Part shown: positions 46,313 to 55,603 of the stretch, one piece after another
How the letters are laid out: each line of letters starts with the position of its first letter
How positions within the stretch are numbered: the first letter of the stretch is position 1
IMG/VR virus record: IMGVR_UViG_3300046804_005083
Location: 1-64,000 of that record
DNA: 64,000 bases
Source: an uncultured virus (IMG/VR IMGVR_UViG_3300046804_005083)
Taxonomy: Duplodnaviria > Heunggongvirae > Uroviricota > Caudoviricetes
Reading direction: 5' to 3' (one strand)
Notes under the pieces: generated by a model
Told to the model about the DNA's origin: nothing
Databases searched by the model: none
What the model saw: only the letters and a program-made list of their open reading frames with translations
Made by a program: the position numbers and the translations under genes

Positions 46313-47650
46313 ATGACTGCTACACTTTCACAACAACGACAATCAAATACTTGGGAACAATTTTGCGAATGGGTCACTTCCACTAATAATCGTCTATATA
46401 TCGGAAATTTTGGAACCTTGATGATTCCAACGCTGCTTGCTGCAACAATGTGCTTCATCATTGCCTTCATTGCTGCACCTCCTGTAGACATTGACGGTAT
46501 TCGTGAACCAGTTGCTGGTTCACTTATGTATGGAAACAACATCATTTCAGGTGCTGTAGTTCCTTCAAGCAACGCCATTGGTCTTCACTTCTATCCAATC
46601 TGGGAAGCAAATTCACTTGATGAATGGCTTTATAATGGTGGTCCTTACCAACTGGTAGTGTTCCACTTCCTTATCGGTGTATTCTCTTATATGGGTCGTG
46701 AGTGGGAACTTTCCTATCGTCTTGGTATGCGTCCTTGGATCTTCGTTGCTTACAGTGCTCCTGTTGCTGCTGCAACTGCCGTATTCCTGGTTTATCCTTT
46801 CGGTCAAGGTTCTTTCTCTGATGGTATGCCTCTGGGTATCTCTGGTACGTTCAACTACATGCTTGTGTTTCAGGCAGAACATAACATTCTGATGCACCCT
46901 TTCCATATGCTTGGAGTTGCTGGTGTCTTCGGTGGATCATTGTTCAGTGCTATGCACGGTTCTCTGGTGACTTCTTCCCTTATTCGTGAAACGACTGAAG
47001 ATATCTCTCAGAACTATGGTTATAAGTTTGGTCAAGAAGAAGAAACCTATAACATTGTTGCTGCTCATGGATACTTTGGTCGTCTGATCTTCCAATATGC
47101 TTCCTTCAACAACTCTCGTTCACTTCACTTCTTCCTTGCTGCTTGGCCTGTAGTTGGTATCTGGTTTGCTGCTCTTGGTGTTTCCACGATGGCATTCAAT
47201 TTGAATGGATTCAACTTTAATCAATCACTTCTGTCTTCTGATGGTCGTGTGATTAATACTTGGGCTGACATTCTGAATCGTGCCAATCTCGGATTCGAGG
47301 TGATGCACGAAAGGAACGCTAGATTTGTTGGTGTTCTTGCCTAGTAATAGGCATTAGTAAAATCGGGTTAAACGGGGAAACTCTCTATGAGACAATCCCG
47401 TACCAAGTCAGAAAGGGTTTAAGTTTTCTGAAAGGTCTAACGACTAGGTAGTGAGTCCCAACAATAATCTACCCACGAATGCCCGACTCCTTAATAAACA
47501 TAAGGATGAAGAGATAGTCTGAACTTACTGGTGACAGTAAGAAGTAAAGAATAAAGAGTCTTTACGATAACAAAATTGCACAACTTCCCACTTGATCTTG
47601 CGGCAGCAGAAGTAACACCAGTTGCTCTTACTGCTCCTACTATTGGTTGA
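46313..47650 (+). CDS. psbA: Photosystem II D1 protein, spliced: exons 46313-47320 and 47579-47650 (359 aa)
   Basis: Full D1 sequence up to MHERNA; resumes [23 protein letters not shown] after 258 nt. Confidence 0.96.
47321..47578 (+). mobile_element. Group I self-splicing intron (258 nt, no ORF)
   Basis: Exon ends in U, intron ends in G; P1 aggaacgcu/ggugUucuu with U.G at the splice site; core elements AATCCCGTACCAAG, ACGACTAG, GATAGTCTG. Confidence 0.92.
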
Positions 47651-47676
47651 TATAAAATTGAATATGTGATATAATT

Positions 47677-47707
47677 AAGAGACCTTCGGGTCTCTTTTTT
47701 ATAAATA
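47677..47707 (+). terminator. psbA terminator (UUCG loop) abutting a late promoter
   Basis: aagagacc-ttcg-ggtctctt + T run; TATAAATA at 47700-07. Confidence 0.85.
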
Positions 47708-47733
47708 GTTATGGAAAGTTATGAGCAACTTAT

Positions 47734-48331
47734 ATGGATTTACACAAATTAGTAATAAATGAATGTGAAAGACGAGGACTGGAATTAATATATCTCCCAG
47801 AAAAACTTGTGCGTCGTTCTACTGATGTGATTGTTAGTTGCCCCTGCACAGGAAAAAGAAATATGAGTATAAGAAACTTTATTGTGACTTATGAGAAAGA
47901 TGGTGAAGCATTTTGTTGTAAAAGAAAATCAAAAGTTGGAAAAAACAATCCAGCATTTGGAAAACCAACTTGGAATGCTGGAACTGTTGGTGTATCAAAA
48001 AGTTATGGATTTTTTGGGTTTAAGGAGGAATGGTCTGATAGAGAAGATTATTTGTATTTTATAGAAACTACATATGGAACCTATAAAATAGGTAGGTCTT
48101 TTCACGGAATAAAATATCGTTTTACTGAAACTACAAAAGAACTTGGTGAATGGAAAGCAACTCATAAAGAAGTATTTGATTGTGAAAGATACATATTGAA
48201 CACATATAAACAATATCAAAAAAAAGATTGATGGTATAATTGGAGGGTCTGAACATTTCACAAAAGATTTGCCTATAGATAAAGTTATAGAATACGCTAA
48301 TAGTAATTTGCACAAGAACAATGTCTCATAA
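47734..48331 (+). pseudogene. Putative homing endonuclease (T5orf172/GIY-YIG-like), frameshifted at an A8 tract
   Basis: GKNNPAFGK, YLYFIET..YKIGRS; frame stops at 48231, but the +1 frame continues IDGIIGGSEHF...NVS* to 48331. Confidence 0.6.
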
Positions 48332-48587
48332 ACCTCAACACGAACCTATGGAGCCCTGGGTAGTCTGGGCAGGTATAGGGATTATGTTGTTCACAGTTAT
48401 TATATTTCTCGTATTTACTCTCAGTTTAATATATTTTTAAACATATGTTTTTCATTCTCGCAGTTCTTATTCTTTTTGGAATCTTTATGTTTGTAATGTC
48501 TATGATAGAGTAATATCTTCAATTCATAACATTTGGATGACATAGAAAAAGGACTCAGTATAATTACTTAGGAGTTCTTTTTCTTTT

Positions 48588-49253
48588 ATGAAGATCTTTT
48601 TAGACACAGCAGATGTTGATATGATTGGTCCAGCATATGATACTGGACTGTTGGATGGAGTCACTACGAACCCAACTCTCATCCTCAAAAGTGGAAGACA
48701 ATTAAAGGAAGTTATTGAAAATATTTCACAAGCATTTTCAAAGTTGGAAAGCATTTCTGCAGAAGTAGTTGCAGATACATCAGAAGAAATGCTTTCTCAG
48801 GCAGAAAAGTATTACACAATTGCACCAGCAGTCACAATCAAAGTTCCTTGTACTGTAGAAGGACTGAAGGCTTGTAAGTTTCTTTCTGACAAAGGAATTA
48901 AAACGAATGTAACTCTTGTGTTCTCAGTTGCACAAGCAATCCTTGCATCAAAAGCAGGAGCAACTTACATCTCTCCTTTCGTAGGAAGATGGATGGACAA
49001 CTCTATTGATGGTATTGAACTCATCAAGAATATTCGTAAGACATTTGATCTTTCTGGTACATCAACACAAATTCTTGCAGCATCTCTTCGTGATGTGAGG
49101 CAGGTAGAACAATCTGCTCTTTCTGGTGCAGATGTTGTTACAATTCCACCAGTTGTATTCTGGTCAATGTATAAGAATGTAATGACTGAAGTTGGACTTG
49201 ATTTATTCCAAAAAGATTGGGAGGAAGTTCTTAAGAGTAAAGGTGAAGAATGA
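48588..49253 (+). CDS. talC: Transaldolase (TalC family)
   Basis: MKIFLDTA, GVTTNPTL, IKVP, NVTLVFS, YISPFVGR. Confidence 0.95.
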   Translation: MKIFLDTADVDMIGPAYDTGLLDGVTTNPTLILKSGRQLKEVIENISQAFSKLESISAEVVADTSEEMLSQAEKYYTIAPAVTIKVPCTVEGLKACKFLSDKGIKTNVTLVFSVAQAILASKAGATYISPFVGRWMDNSIDGIELIKNIRKTFDLSGTSTQILAASLRDVRQVEQSALSGADVVTIPPVVFWSMYKNVMTEVGLDLFQKDWEEVLKSKGEE

Positions 49254-50575
49254 AAGGTATAGTTATATTCGGGGCAACTGGAGATCTCTGTAAAAAGAAA
49301 TTAATTTCGGCACTTTATACTCTTCATAAGAAAAGTCTTTTGCCAAAAGGACTAAAGATCATCGGTGCCTCCAGAACCCAACACACAAAAGAAAGTTGGG
49401 TTGGAATTCTTGATAGTTATTCTCAAGAGTTTATTAAGAGACTTGAATATGTTTCTTGTGATTTAAGTGATGCTGAATCTCTTAAATCGTTGCCTGATTA
49501 TGAGGATATGACATACTTCTTGTCAGTTCCTCCAGAACGATATGCCGATGCTGTTACAAACCTCAAAGAAGCAGGTAAGTTAGATGACGCAGAAAAATCA
49601 AGAGTTATTATTGAGAAACCTTTTGGCACCGATCTTCAATCTGCTAATTATTTACAATCTGTGGTGGCTGGATATCTACGGGAAAAACAAGTATATCGCA
49701 TTGACCATTATCTCGGTAAAGATACTGTTAATAACATTCTTGCCACTCGTTTTAGCAATATACTTTTGGAACCACTATGGAATAGAAGTTTCATAGAAGA
49801 AATCCAGATTTTTGCTACGGAAACAATTGGTTGTGAAGGACGAGCACAGTATTATGATACTGCTGGTGCTGTGAGAGATATGCTCCAGAACCATATGCTT
49901 CAGGTTCTGGCACTGATTGCTATGGAACCACCTTGTAGAAATGACGCAAGGGAAATCCGTAGAGAGAAGGTTAAGGTTCTTGCTGCAACCAGATTAGGTG
50001 ATAATGTAGTTCTTGGACAATATGATGGTTACAAGAATGAAGACGGAGTAAAGTATGACTCGCAAACACCAACCTTTGTTGCTGGTGAGTTGTATATTGA
50101 TAACTGGAGATGGAAAGGAGTTCCTTTTTACTTCATGACTGGTAAGAAAATGCCAGTTGGATGTGTGGAAGTTGTGATTAAATTTAAAGCACCTCCACAG
50201 CAATTGTTTGAAGGGCATGAATGTAATGATAGAATAGTCATGAGATTACAACCAGATCCACATTTGGATATGCGTATTGATATTAAATCTCCAGGACTAA
50301 ATGATAATGTAGAACCAGCACTTCTTCAGTATCATTATCCTGTGGAGAAAGCGATTGATGGTTATGTGAAACTTTTTTATGATGCTCTTAACGAAGATCA
50401 ATCACACTTTGTTCACGCAGATGAAGTGTTGGAGTCGTGGAGAATTGTTGATGATCTCTTATGTACTGGAGATTATTGCCCGATTAATACAAGACCTTAT
50501 TCTTATAATGAAAGCACTTGGGGTCCAGAAGAAAAAACAATTACGAAGTGGGACTATCCACTCAAATTAAAGTAG
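49250..50575 (+). CDS. zwf: Glucose-6-phosphate dehydrogenase
   Basis: GATGDL, EKPFG, YRIDHYLGK, RDMLQNH. Confidence 0.96.
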   Translation: MKGIVIFGATGDLCKKKLISALYTLHKKSLLPKGLKIIGASRTQHTKESWVGILDSYSQEFIKRLEYVSCDLSDAESLKSLPDYEDMTYFLSVPPERYADAVTNLKEAGKLDDAEKSRVIIEKPFGTDLQSANYLQSVVAGYLREKQVYRIDHYLGKDTVNNILATRFSNILLEPLWNRSFIEEIQIFATETIGCEGRAQYYDTAGAVRDMLQNHMLQVLALIAMEPPCRNDAREIRREKVKVLAATRLGDNVVLGQYDGYKNEDGVKYDSQTPTFVAGELYIDNWRWKGVPFYFMTGKKMPVGCVEVVIKFKAPPQQLFEGHECNDRIVMRLQPDPHLDMRIDIKSPGLNDNVEPALLQYHYPVEKAIDGYVKLFYDALNEDQSHFVHADEVLESWRIVDDLLCTGDYCPINTRPYSYNESTWGPEEKTITKWDYPLKLK

Positions 50576-50585
50576 GAGAAAGAAG

Positions 50586-51608
50586 ATGAGAGTAGGAATG
50601 ATTGGACTGGGAAGAATGGGAGAAGGAATGTCCCGTCGTATGATGAAAGCGGGAATTGAAGTGTGGGGTTACAGGAGGAACTATGAGAAGGCAAAAGAAG
50701 CATATGAAAACGGATATGTTAATGGTGTTACAACTACTATACAAAGCCTTGTTCAAGTAGTTAAGCAAAAAGACCAACCAGGAATTTTCCAGATGGTAGT
50801 TCCAGCAGAAACTGTAGAGGAGACGATTAATGAGTTACTACGATTTTGTGGTGAAGGAGATATTATTATTGATCATGGCAATAGCAATTTTAAGGACAGT
50901 AGGAAGAGAGCAGAAAGGTTGGCAAAACTTGGCATCCAATATATTGATTGCGGCACTTCTGGGGGTGTTTATGGTTTGGATCGTGGATACTGTCTTATGG
51001 TTGGCGGTGGAGATACTGCAGTCGCCACTTGTAAAAGCATTTTTAATGCCCTTGCCCCAGGAGTCGATGCTGCCCCGAGGACTGAGTTTGACTCACCTAT
51101 AACATCTGCTGAGTATGGTTGGTTGCATTGTGGTGGTCCTGGTGCTGGACATTTTGTGAAGATGGTTCACAATGGCATTGAGTACGGTATTATGCAAGCA
51201 TATGCCGAAGGATTTAATATCATCAAGAACGCAAACGCAGGTGTCAAATATGTTAGAGAAGGAGACGCAGAGGTGGCCCCTATGGCAGACCCAGAATCCT
51301 ACTGCTATGATATTGACGTTGCTGAGGTTGCTGAGTTATGGCGTCGTGGTAGTGTTGTTGGTTCTTGGTTACTTGACCTTACTGCTGATGTGTTGCGCCG
51401 CAGCCCACAGCTTTCTAACTTCTCTGGAGGGGTATCCGACAGTGGTGAAGGTAGGTGGACGGTTAATGCTGCTGTGGATCTGGGGGTTCCCGCTCCTGTC
51501 ATCACAACTGCTCTTTATGAAAGATTTAATAGTCGCAATCTGGGTACTTTCGCAGCCAAGATTCTAAATGGTATGAGATATATGTTTGGAGGACACCACG
51601 TTAGATGA
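50586..51608 (+). CDS. gnd: 6-phosphogluconate dehydrogenase (short form)
   Basis: GLGRMG, DCGTSGG, GHFVKMVHNGIEY, SDSGEGRW. Confidence 0.96.
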   Translation: MRVGMIGLGRMGEGMSRRMMKAGIEVWGYRRNYEKAKEAYENGYVNGVTTTIQSLVQVVKQKDQPGIFQMVVPAETVEETINELLRFCGEGDIIIDHGNSNFKDSRKRAERLAKLGIQYIDCGTSGGVYGLDRGYCLMVGGGDTAVATCKSIFNALAPGVDAAPRTEFDSPITSAEYGWLHCGGPGAGHFVKMVHNGIEYGIMQAYAEGFNIIKNANAGVKYVREGDAEVAPMADPESYCYDIDVAEVAELWRRGSVVGSWLLDLTADVLRRSPQLSNFSGGVSDSGEGRWTVNAAVDLGVPAPVITTALYERFNSRNLGTFAAKILNGMRYMFGGHHVR

Positions 51609-51716
51609 TTAGTTCAACAACTCCTTATAAAGTTGCTGAGATTATTCGGGATACTTGGCCTGGACTTTACAGACCACCAAAGAAGACCTATAATAAGTCC
51701 AATACTCCAAAAAAGA

Positions 51717-51992
51717 ATGAATGAATACTATTCAGTAATTAACCTCAATACTGGTGAAAAAGTCTGCGAATGTGCTACATTAGAAGATGCTCAAATGGTA
51801 GTTGGATTAAATCCAGCAAATAGAGCATACCGAAGGGATAGATTTCTTTTAGATCAAGTGATTGATGTAACATCAACAACCGATAAACAACTCCCAGGTC
51901 AATTGGGATTACCTGAAGGTAAATATCCTCTACCTCCACTTCAACAAGAAATATGTCTTCCTGAAAGTGAAGCAAAACCAATTAATATATAA
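51717..51992 (+). CDS. Hypothetical protein
   Basis: MNEYYSVINL...DQVIDV. Confidence 0.55.
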   Translation: MNEYYSVINLNTGEKVCECATLEDAQMVVGLNPANRAYRRDRFLLDQVIDVTSTTDKQLPGQLGLPEGKYPLPPLQQEICLPESEAKPINI

Positions 51993-52012
51993 TATTAAGT
52001 TTTATAAAGCAT

Positions 52013-52252
52013 ATGAAATTTACAGTTTATTCTAAGAACGGTTGTCCTTATTGCGAAAAAATTAAACAAGTGTTAGAGTTGGCAAATCTTGAACATGTTG
52101 TTTATACTCTTGATGAAGATTTCACAAGGGATCAGTTTTATGCTGAATTTAGTGAAGGGTCAACCTTTCCTCAAGTTATTTTAAATGATCAAGAACATCT
52201 TGGTGGATGCACTGATACAGTCCTATATCTAAAGGAGAATAGTTTAGTTTAA
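52013..52252 (+). CDS. Glutaredoxin
   Basis: CPYC, TFPQV, GGCTD. Confidence 0.93.
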   Translation: MKFTVYSKNGCPYCEKIKQVLELANLEHVVYTLDEDFTRDQFYAEFSEGSTFPQVILNDQEHLGGCTDTVLYLKENSLV

Positions 52253-52611
52253 TGGAATCAACAGTTCACGAAATTTATTTTGATGTAGAAAAAGCAATTG
52301 ACTATGCATTTAATGGGCAATTTGTGTTAAAGTTTTATGATTACCTAAAAGTTCGTGGAACAAAAAAAATGGAAGTTGAAGAATTTATTGAAAGTAAGAC
52401 AGCATTCAATATTAGTGAACTTGTGATGGATCTTGATCAATATCTAGAAGGTGGTTCTGATATTAATCATAAACAACTTCGTGAGGCATACGGGCATATT
52501 CCAAAACCTCAAGCAAGAAAAATAAAGAATTACCTTTATGGCATTCTTGAAGATGCATGGAGATATAGTAATGATAGAAGACCAGGAAGGAGAAAAAAGC
52601 AAACTAAATAA
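52252..52611 (+). CDS. Conserved cyanophage hypothetical protein
   Basis: YLEGG...LREAYGHIPKPQARKI. Confidence 0.7.
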   Translation: MESTVHEIYFDVEKAIDYAFNGQFVLKFYDYLKVRGTKKMEVEEFIESKTAFNISELVMDLDQYLEGGSDINHKQLREAYGHIPKPQARKIKNYLYGILEDAWRYSNDRRPGRRKKQTK

Positions 52612-52796
52612 CAATGAACTCCAAATTAATCGGGGTGTTGAATTACTACTACGCAATAGGAGAAGAAAGGAATCAAAACCAAAAACTTTTCAAGTGAAGT
52701 TTGGTAAGATGATTTCTCTCTTCCAAAGAGAGTTTCATTTTTTTATAGAATTTAACTTTGATGTAAAGAAGAAATAAACTCTCTGGAGAAAAAAAA

Positions 52797-53021
52797 ATGG
52801 AAACAGCATACGTCATAACATTCACAGTAATGTTCACTTTGCTCTTTTTTATGGTTGGTAGTATAATTGGGTGGTTAGTGTATAGGCATCTTTTAGAGTC
52901 TAGACCTCCATATCTGCATCCAGAGTTTTTTGATGAAAATGGTCAGGTGATTCCTGATGAAATTGTATCTGTAAGATTTGAAAACGATTATGACTACGAC
53001 GACGAAGACGAAGAGGACTGA
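52797..53021 (+). CDS. Small membrane protein
   Basis: N-terminal TM helix; HPEFFDENG. Confidence 0.7.
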   Translation: METAYVITFTVMFTLLFFMVGSIIGWLVYRHLLESRPPYLHPEFFDENGQVIPDEIVSVRFENDYDYDDEDEED

Positions 53022-53556
53022 AAAACCATTAGAAACTCTTCCAACAAATCCTTTTGTATTTGAAATTCTAGAACTTGCTTCTAAACAAAGAAGTAATGCA
53101 AAGAAAGTAGAAGTTCTAAAAACATATGAACACGATTCTCTTAAGACTGTTTTTATTTGGAATTTTGATGATTCTGTGATTTCTCTTCTTCCTGAAGGAG
53201 AAGTTCCTTATGGGAATGCTGATCAGCAATCCGTATATTCCGGAACTTTATCGGAGAATCTTAAAAAAGAAGCATACGGTGGAGAATCTGCCACAGGACA
53301 AGATCTAGATGGTCGTGGTAGAACTTCATTACGCAGAGAGTATCAAAATCTCTACCACTATGTAAAAGGTGGAAACAATACTCTTACTACAATTCGTAGA
53401 GAGATGATGTTTATTAATCTCCTACAAGGACTTCATCCAAAAGAAGCAGAAGTAATAATTCTTACTAAGGATAAAAAACTTACTGATAAATACAAAATAA
53501 GTTTTGATAATGTAAAAGAGGCTTATCCTGATATTCAATGGGGTGGTCGTTCATGA
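52990..53556 (+). CDS. Conserved T4-like phage hypothetical protein
   Basis: WNFDDSVISLLPEGEVPY...RREMMFINLLQGLHPKEA. Confidence 0.75.
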   Translation: MTTTTKTKRTEKPLETLPTNPFVFEILELASKQRSNAKKVEVLKTYEHDSLKTVFIWNFDDSVISLLPEGEVPYGNADQQSVYSGTLSENLKKEAYGGESATGQDLDGRGRTSLRREYQNLYHYVKGGNNTLTTIRREMMFINLLQGLHPKEAEVIILTKDKKLTDKYKISFDNVKEAYPDIQWGGRS

Positions 53557-53888
53557 GTGTAGCAGTAAGCACGGAGAAAGATATGGCAGATTATGGAAAC
53601 GAAGAAAGAGAAGTTCTGCCCTCTAAATATGGTTGTGAAGTTCTTCTAGAAAAAACAACACTGGCAAAAGCAAAAGATTCTTCATTTCCAAATGATGCTT
53701 ATCTAATTTGGTATGAACTAAAAGGAAAAGAACATATGGACTTAGTTCGTGGAACAAGAGTTCGTATTTTTGATATGTACTATGACAAATATGGTCCTGG
53801 TGCTATTAAAAAAATTGATTTTGGTTATGGTCGTGTGAGCCCCAAATTGTGGGGTTATAAACAACCTGAAAAGAAGAAAAGAAAATGA
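53553..53888 (+). CDS. Conserved cyanophage hypothetical protein
   Basis: IFDMYYDKYG...GYGRVSPKLWG. Confidence 0.7.
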   Translation: MSVAVSTEKDMADYGNEEREVLPSKYGCEVLLEKTTLAKAKDSSFPNDAYLIWYELKGKEHMDLVRGTRVRIFDMYYDKYGPGAIKKIDFGYGRVSPKLWGYKQPEKKKRK

Positions 53889-54097
53889 GTGCTGGATTTG
53901 GGGGAGATCCTAATCAGGGAAGAACTGGTAAGGACTTAAGTATCAATATTGATCTAGATAATGTTGACTTTATTTTAAGGCAATATAAAAAGATTAAAAA
54001 ATATCAAAAATCATCTCTGTATGCTATCAAAACAATGGACGGCACAGAAGAGATTGTGAGTTCATTGATTAAAGAGGCGGAGGATAATCCACTATAA
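53885..54097 (+). CDS. Hypothetical protein
   Basis: ATGA-coupled ORF. Confidence 0.6.
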   Translation: MSAGFGGDPNQGRTGKDLSINIDLDNVDFILRQYKKIKKYQKSSLYAIKTMDGTEEIVSSLIKEAEDNPL

Positions 54098-54424
54098 ATG
54101 GGAAAGCATTATCTACTTAACTTGTATGGATGCTCGTTTGTTCTTTTGGACGACGAGCGTTGTCTTATAGACCTATTAGAAAACGCAGCAGCAGCAAGTG
54201 GTGCTACTGTGGTTCAGACAATTTCAAAAAAGTTTGAACCACAGGGAGTCACTGTAATTTGTTTGTTGTCGGAAAGTCATATTAGCATTCATACATGGCC
54301 AGAAGAAGGTAAAGCAGCAGTAGATGTTTATACTTGTGGAGACTGCAACCCAAAGATTGGATGTGATATAATCATTCAACAATTATATGCAACTAATCAT
54401 ACTCTGAGTTATATTGAAAGATAA
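54098..54424 (+). CDS. speD: S-adenosylmethionine decarboxylase proenzyme
   Basis: MGKH, FEPQGVT, LSESHISIHTWPE, DVYTCG. Confidence 0.95.
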   Translation: MGKHYLLNLYGCSFVLLDDERCLIDLLENAAAASGATVVQTISKKFEPQGVTVICLLSESHISIHTWPEEGKAAVDVYTCGDCNPKIGCDIIIQQLYATNHTLSYIER

Positions 54425-54466
54425 ATTTTGTATTGAATTATACAAAATAAATCTTATACATATTTT

Positions 54467-54513
54467 ACGTTCATCACATTATGTGACGGAAGTACCATTT
54501 AGGGAAGGAACGC
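54467..54513 (+). ncRNA. Glutamine riboswitch (glnA RNA motif)
   Basis: CGTTCA-tcac..gtga-CGGAAGTA-..-GAAGGAACG; P1 cgttc/gaacg with E-loop AGTA/GAA. Confidence 0.85.
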
Positions 54514-54542
54514 ACCAATACCAAAAGTAAAGGAGCAAACCA

Positions 54543-54629
54543 ATGGCACTTATTCTGATTAAACAGAAACTTCTCAAAGAGCAACGTCTTCGTGAAGCAC
54601 AACTTTATATGGCATCACGACTTGCCTGA
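54543..54629 (+). CDS. 28-aa peptide downstream of the glutamine riboswitch
   Basis: SD AGGAG at 54531; MALILIKQKLLKEQRLREAQLYMASRLA*; terminator follows. Confidence 0.7.
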   Translation: MALILIKQKLLKEQRLREAQLYMASRLA

Positions 54630-54633
54630 TATC

Positions 54634-54671
54634 AGAGGGGACTTGACTCCCCTCTTTTTTTTGTCTATAAT
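54634..54671 (+). terminator. Terminator with embedded sigma70 promoter
   Basis: agagggga-cttgac-tcccctct + T run; TTGACT(54643-48)-17-TATAAT(54666-71). Confidence 0.75.
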
Positions 54672-54694
54672 TGATTGCGTGAGAGTTCTATCAA

Positions 54695-54859
54695 ATGAAC
54701 AAAGAAAAATTAAAATTAATCGTAAGAAATCTTGAACTGCTTGTTCAATCACTAAAAGAAGAACTTGATTTGGAAGATAGACCACAATATAATTACGAAG
54801 AAATTACATCTAATTTAACTGATTACGACGAAGTATTTTATGACGAAGACGATGAATGA
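54695..54859 (+). CDS. Small acidic hypothetical protein
   Basis: MNKEKLKLIVRNLELLV...DYDEVFYDEDDE*. Confidence 0.65.
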   Translation: MNKEKLKLIVRNLELLVQSLKEELDLEDRPQYNYEEITSNLTDYDEVFYDEDDE

Positions 54860-54881
54860 ATTCTTAACAGAGTTTGAGTTT

Positions 54882-55574
54882 ATGAAACCCGAAGTAAAAC
54901 TAGTATCAGTAACACCAGATGCAGAAAAGCATATGGCATATTGTGCTCGGGTTTCAAATCCATCAAATCAAACAAACCAAAAGTTTGCAGGACTTCTCAA
55001 ATACTGCATTGAACACCAACATTGGAGTATCTTTGAACAGGCAATCATGACAGTAGAAATCAATACTACAAGAGGTATTGCTGCTCAAATTCTACGTCAT
55101 AGGTCATTTACTTTTCAGGAGTTTTCCCAAAGGTATGCTGATACCAATCTTCTAAATCAAACTATTCCTCTTCCTGAACTTCGTCGTCAAGACACAAAGA
55201 ACCGACAGAACTCAATTGATGATCTTCCAGACTATTTGAAACTTACTCTACTAGAAGACATTCGTGTTCTGTTTGAGCAGTCGCAGAGAGTCTACAACCG
55301 TCTTCTGGACAAAGGAGTAGCAAAGGAGTGTGCAAGGTTTGTACTACCCTTAGCAACCCCTACAAGACTCTACATGACAGGTTCTGTGAGGTCTTGGATT
55401 CATTACATCAATCTTCGTGCTGGACATGGAACACAGAAAGAACATATGGATATTGCTGAGGCAATTCGTTGTATTTTTACTTGTCAATTCCCAGCAGTTT
55501 CTTCTGCTCTTGATTGGACTCGTGATAACTGTGTCGATTGTGAAAGTATTCAACCATCAGTTCGTATAGACTAA
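54882..55574 (+). CDS. thyX: Flavin-dependent thymidylate synthase
   Basis: HWSIFE, QILRHRSFTFQEFSQRY, ARFVLP, GTQKEH. Confidence 0.95.
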   Translation: MKPEVKLVSVTPDAEKHMAYCARVSNPSNQTNQKFAGLLKYCIEHQHWSIFEQAIMTVEINTTRGIAAQILRHRSFTFQEFSQRYADTNLLNQTIPLPELRRQDTKNRQNSIDDLPDYLKLTLLEDIRVLFEQSQRVYNRLLDKGVAKECARFVLPLATPTRLYMTGSVRSWIHYINLRAGHGTQKEHMDIAEAIRCIFTCQFPAVSSALDWTRDNCVDCESIQPSVRID

Positions 55575-55603
55575 ATATTGACATATAAAATGGAGGAATA
55601 AAT

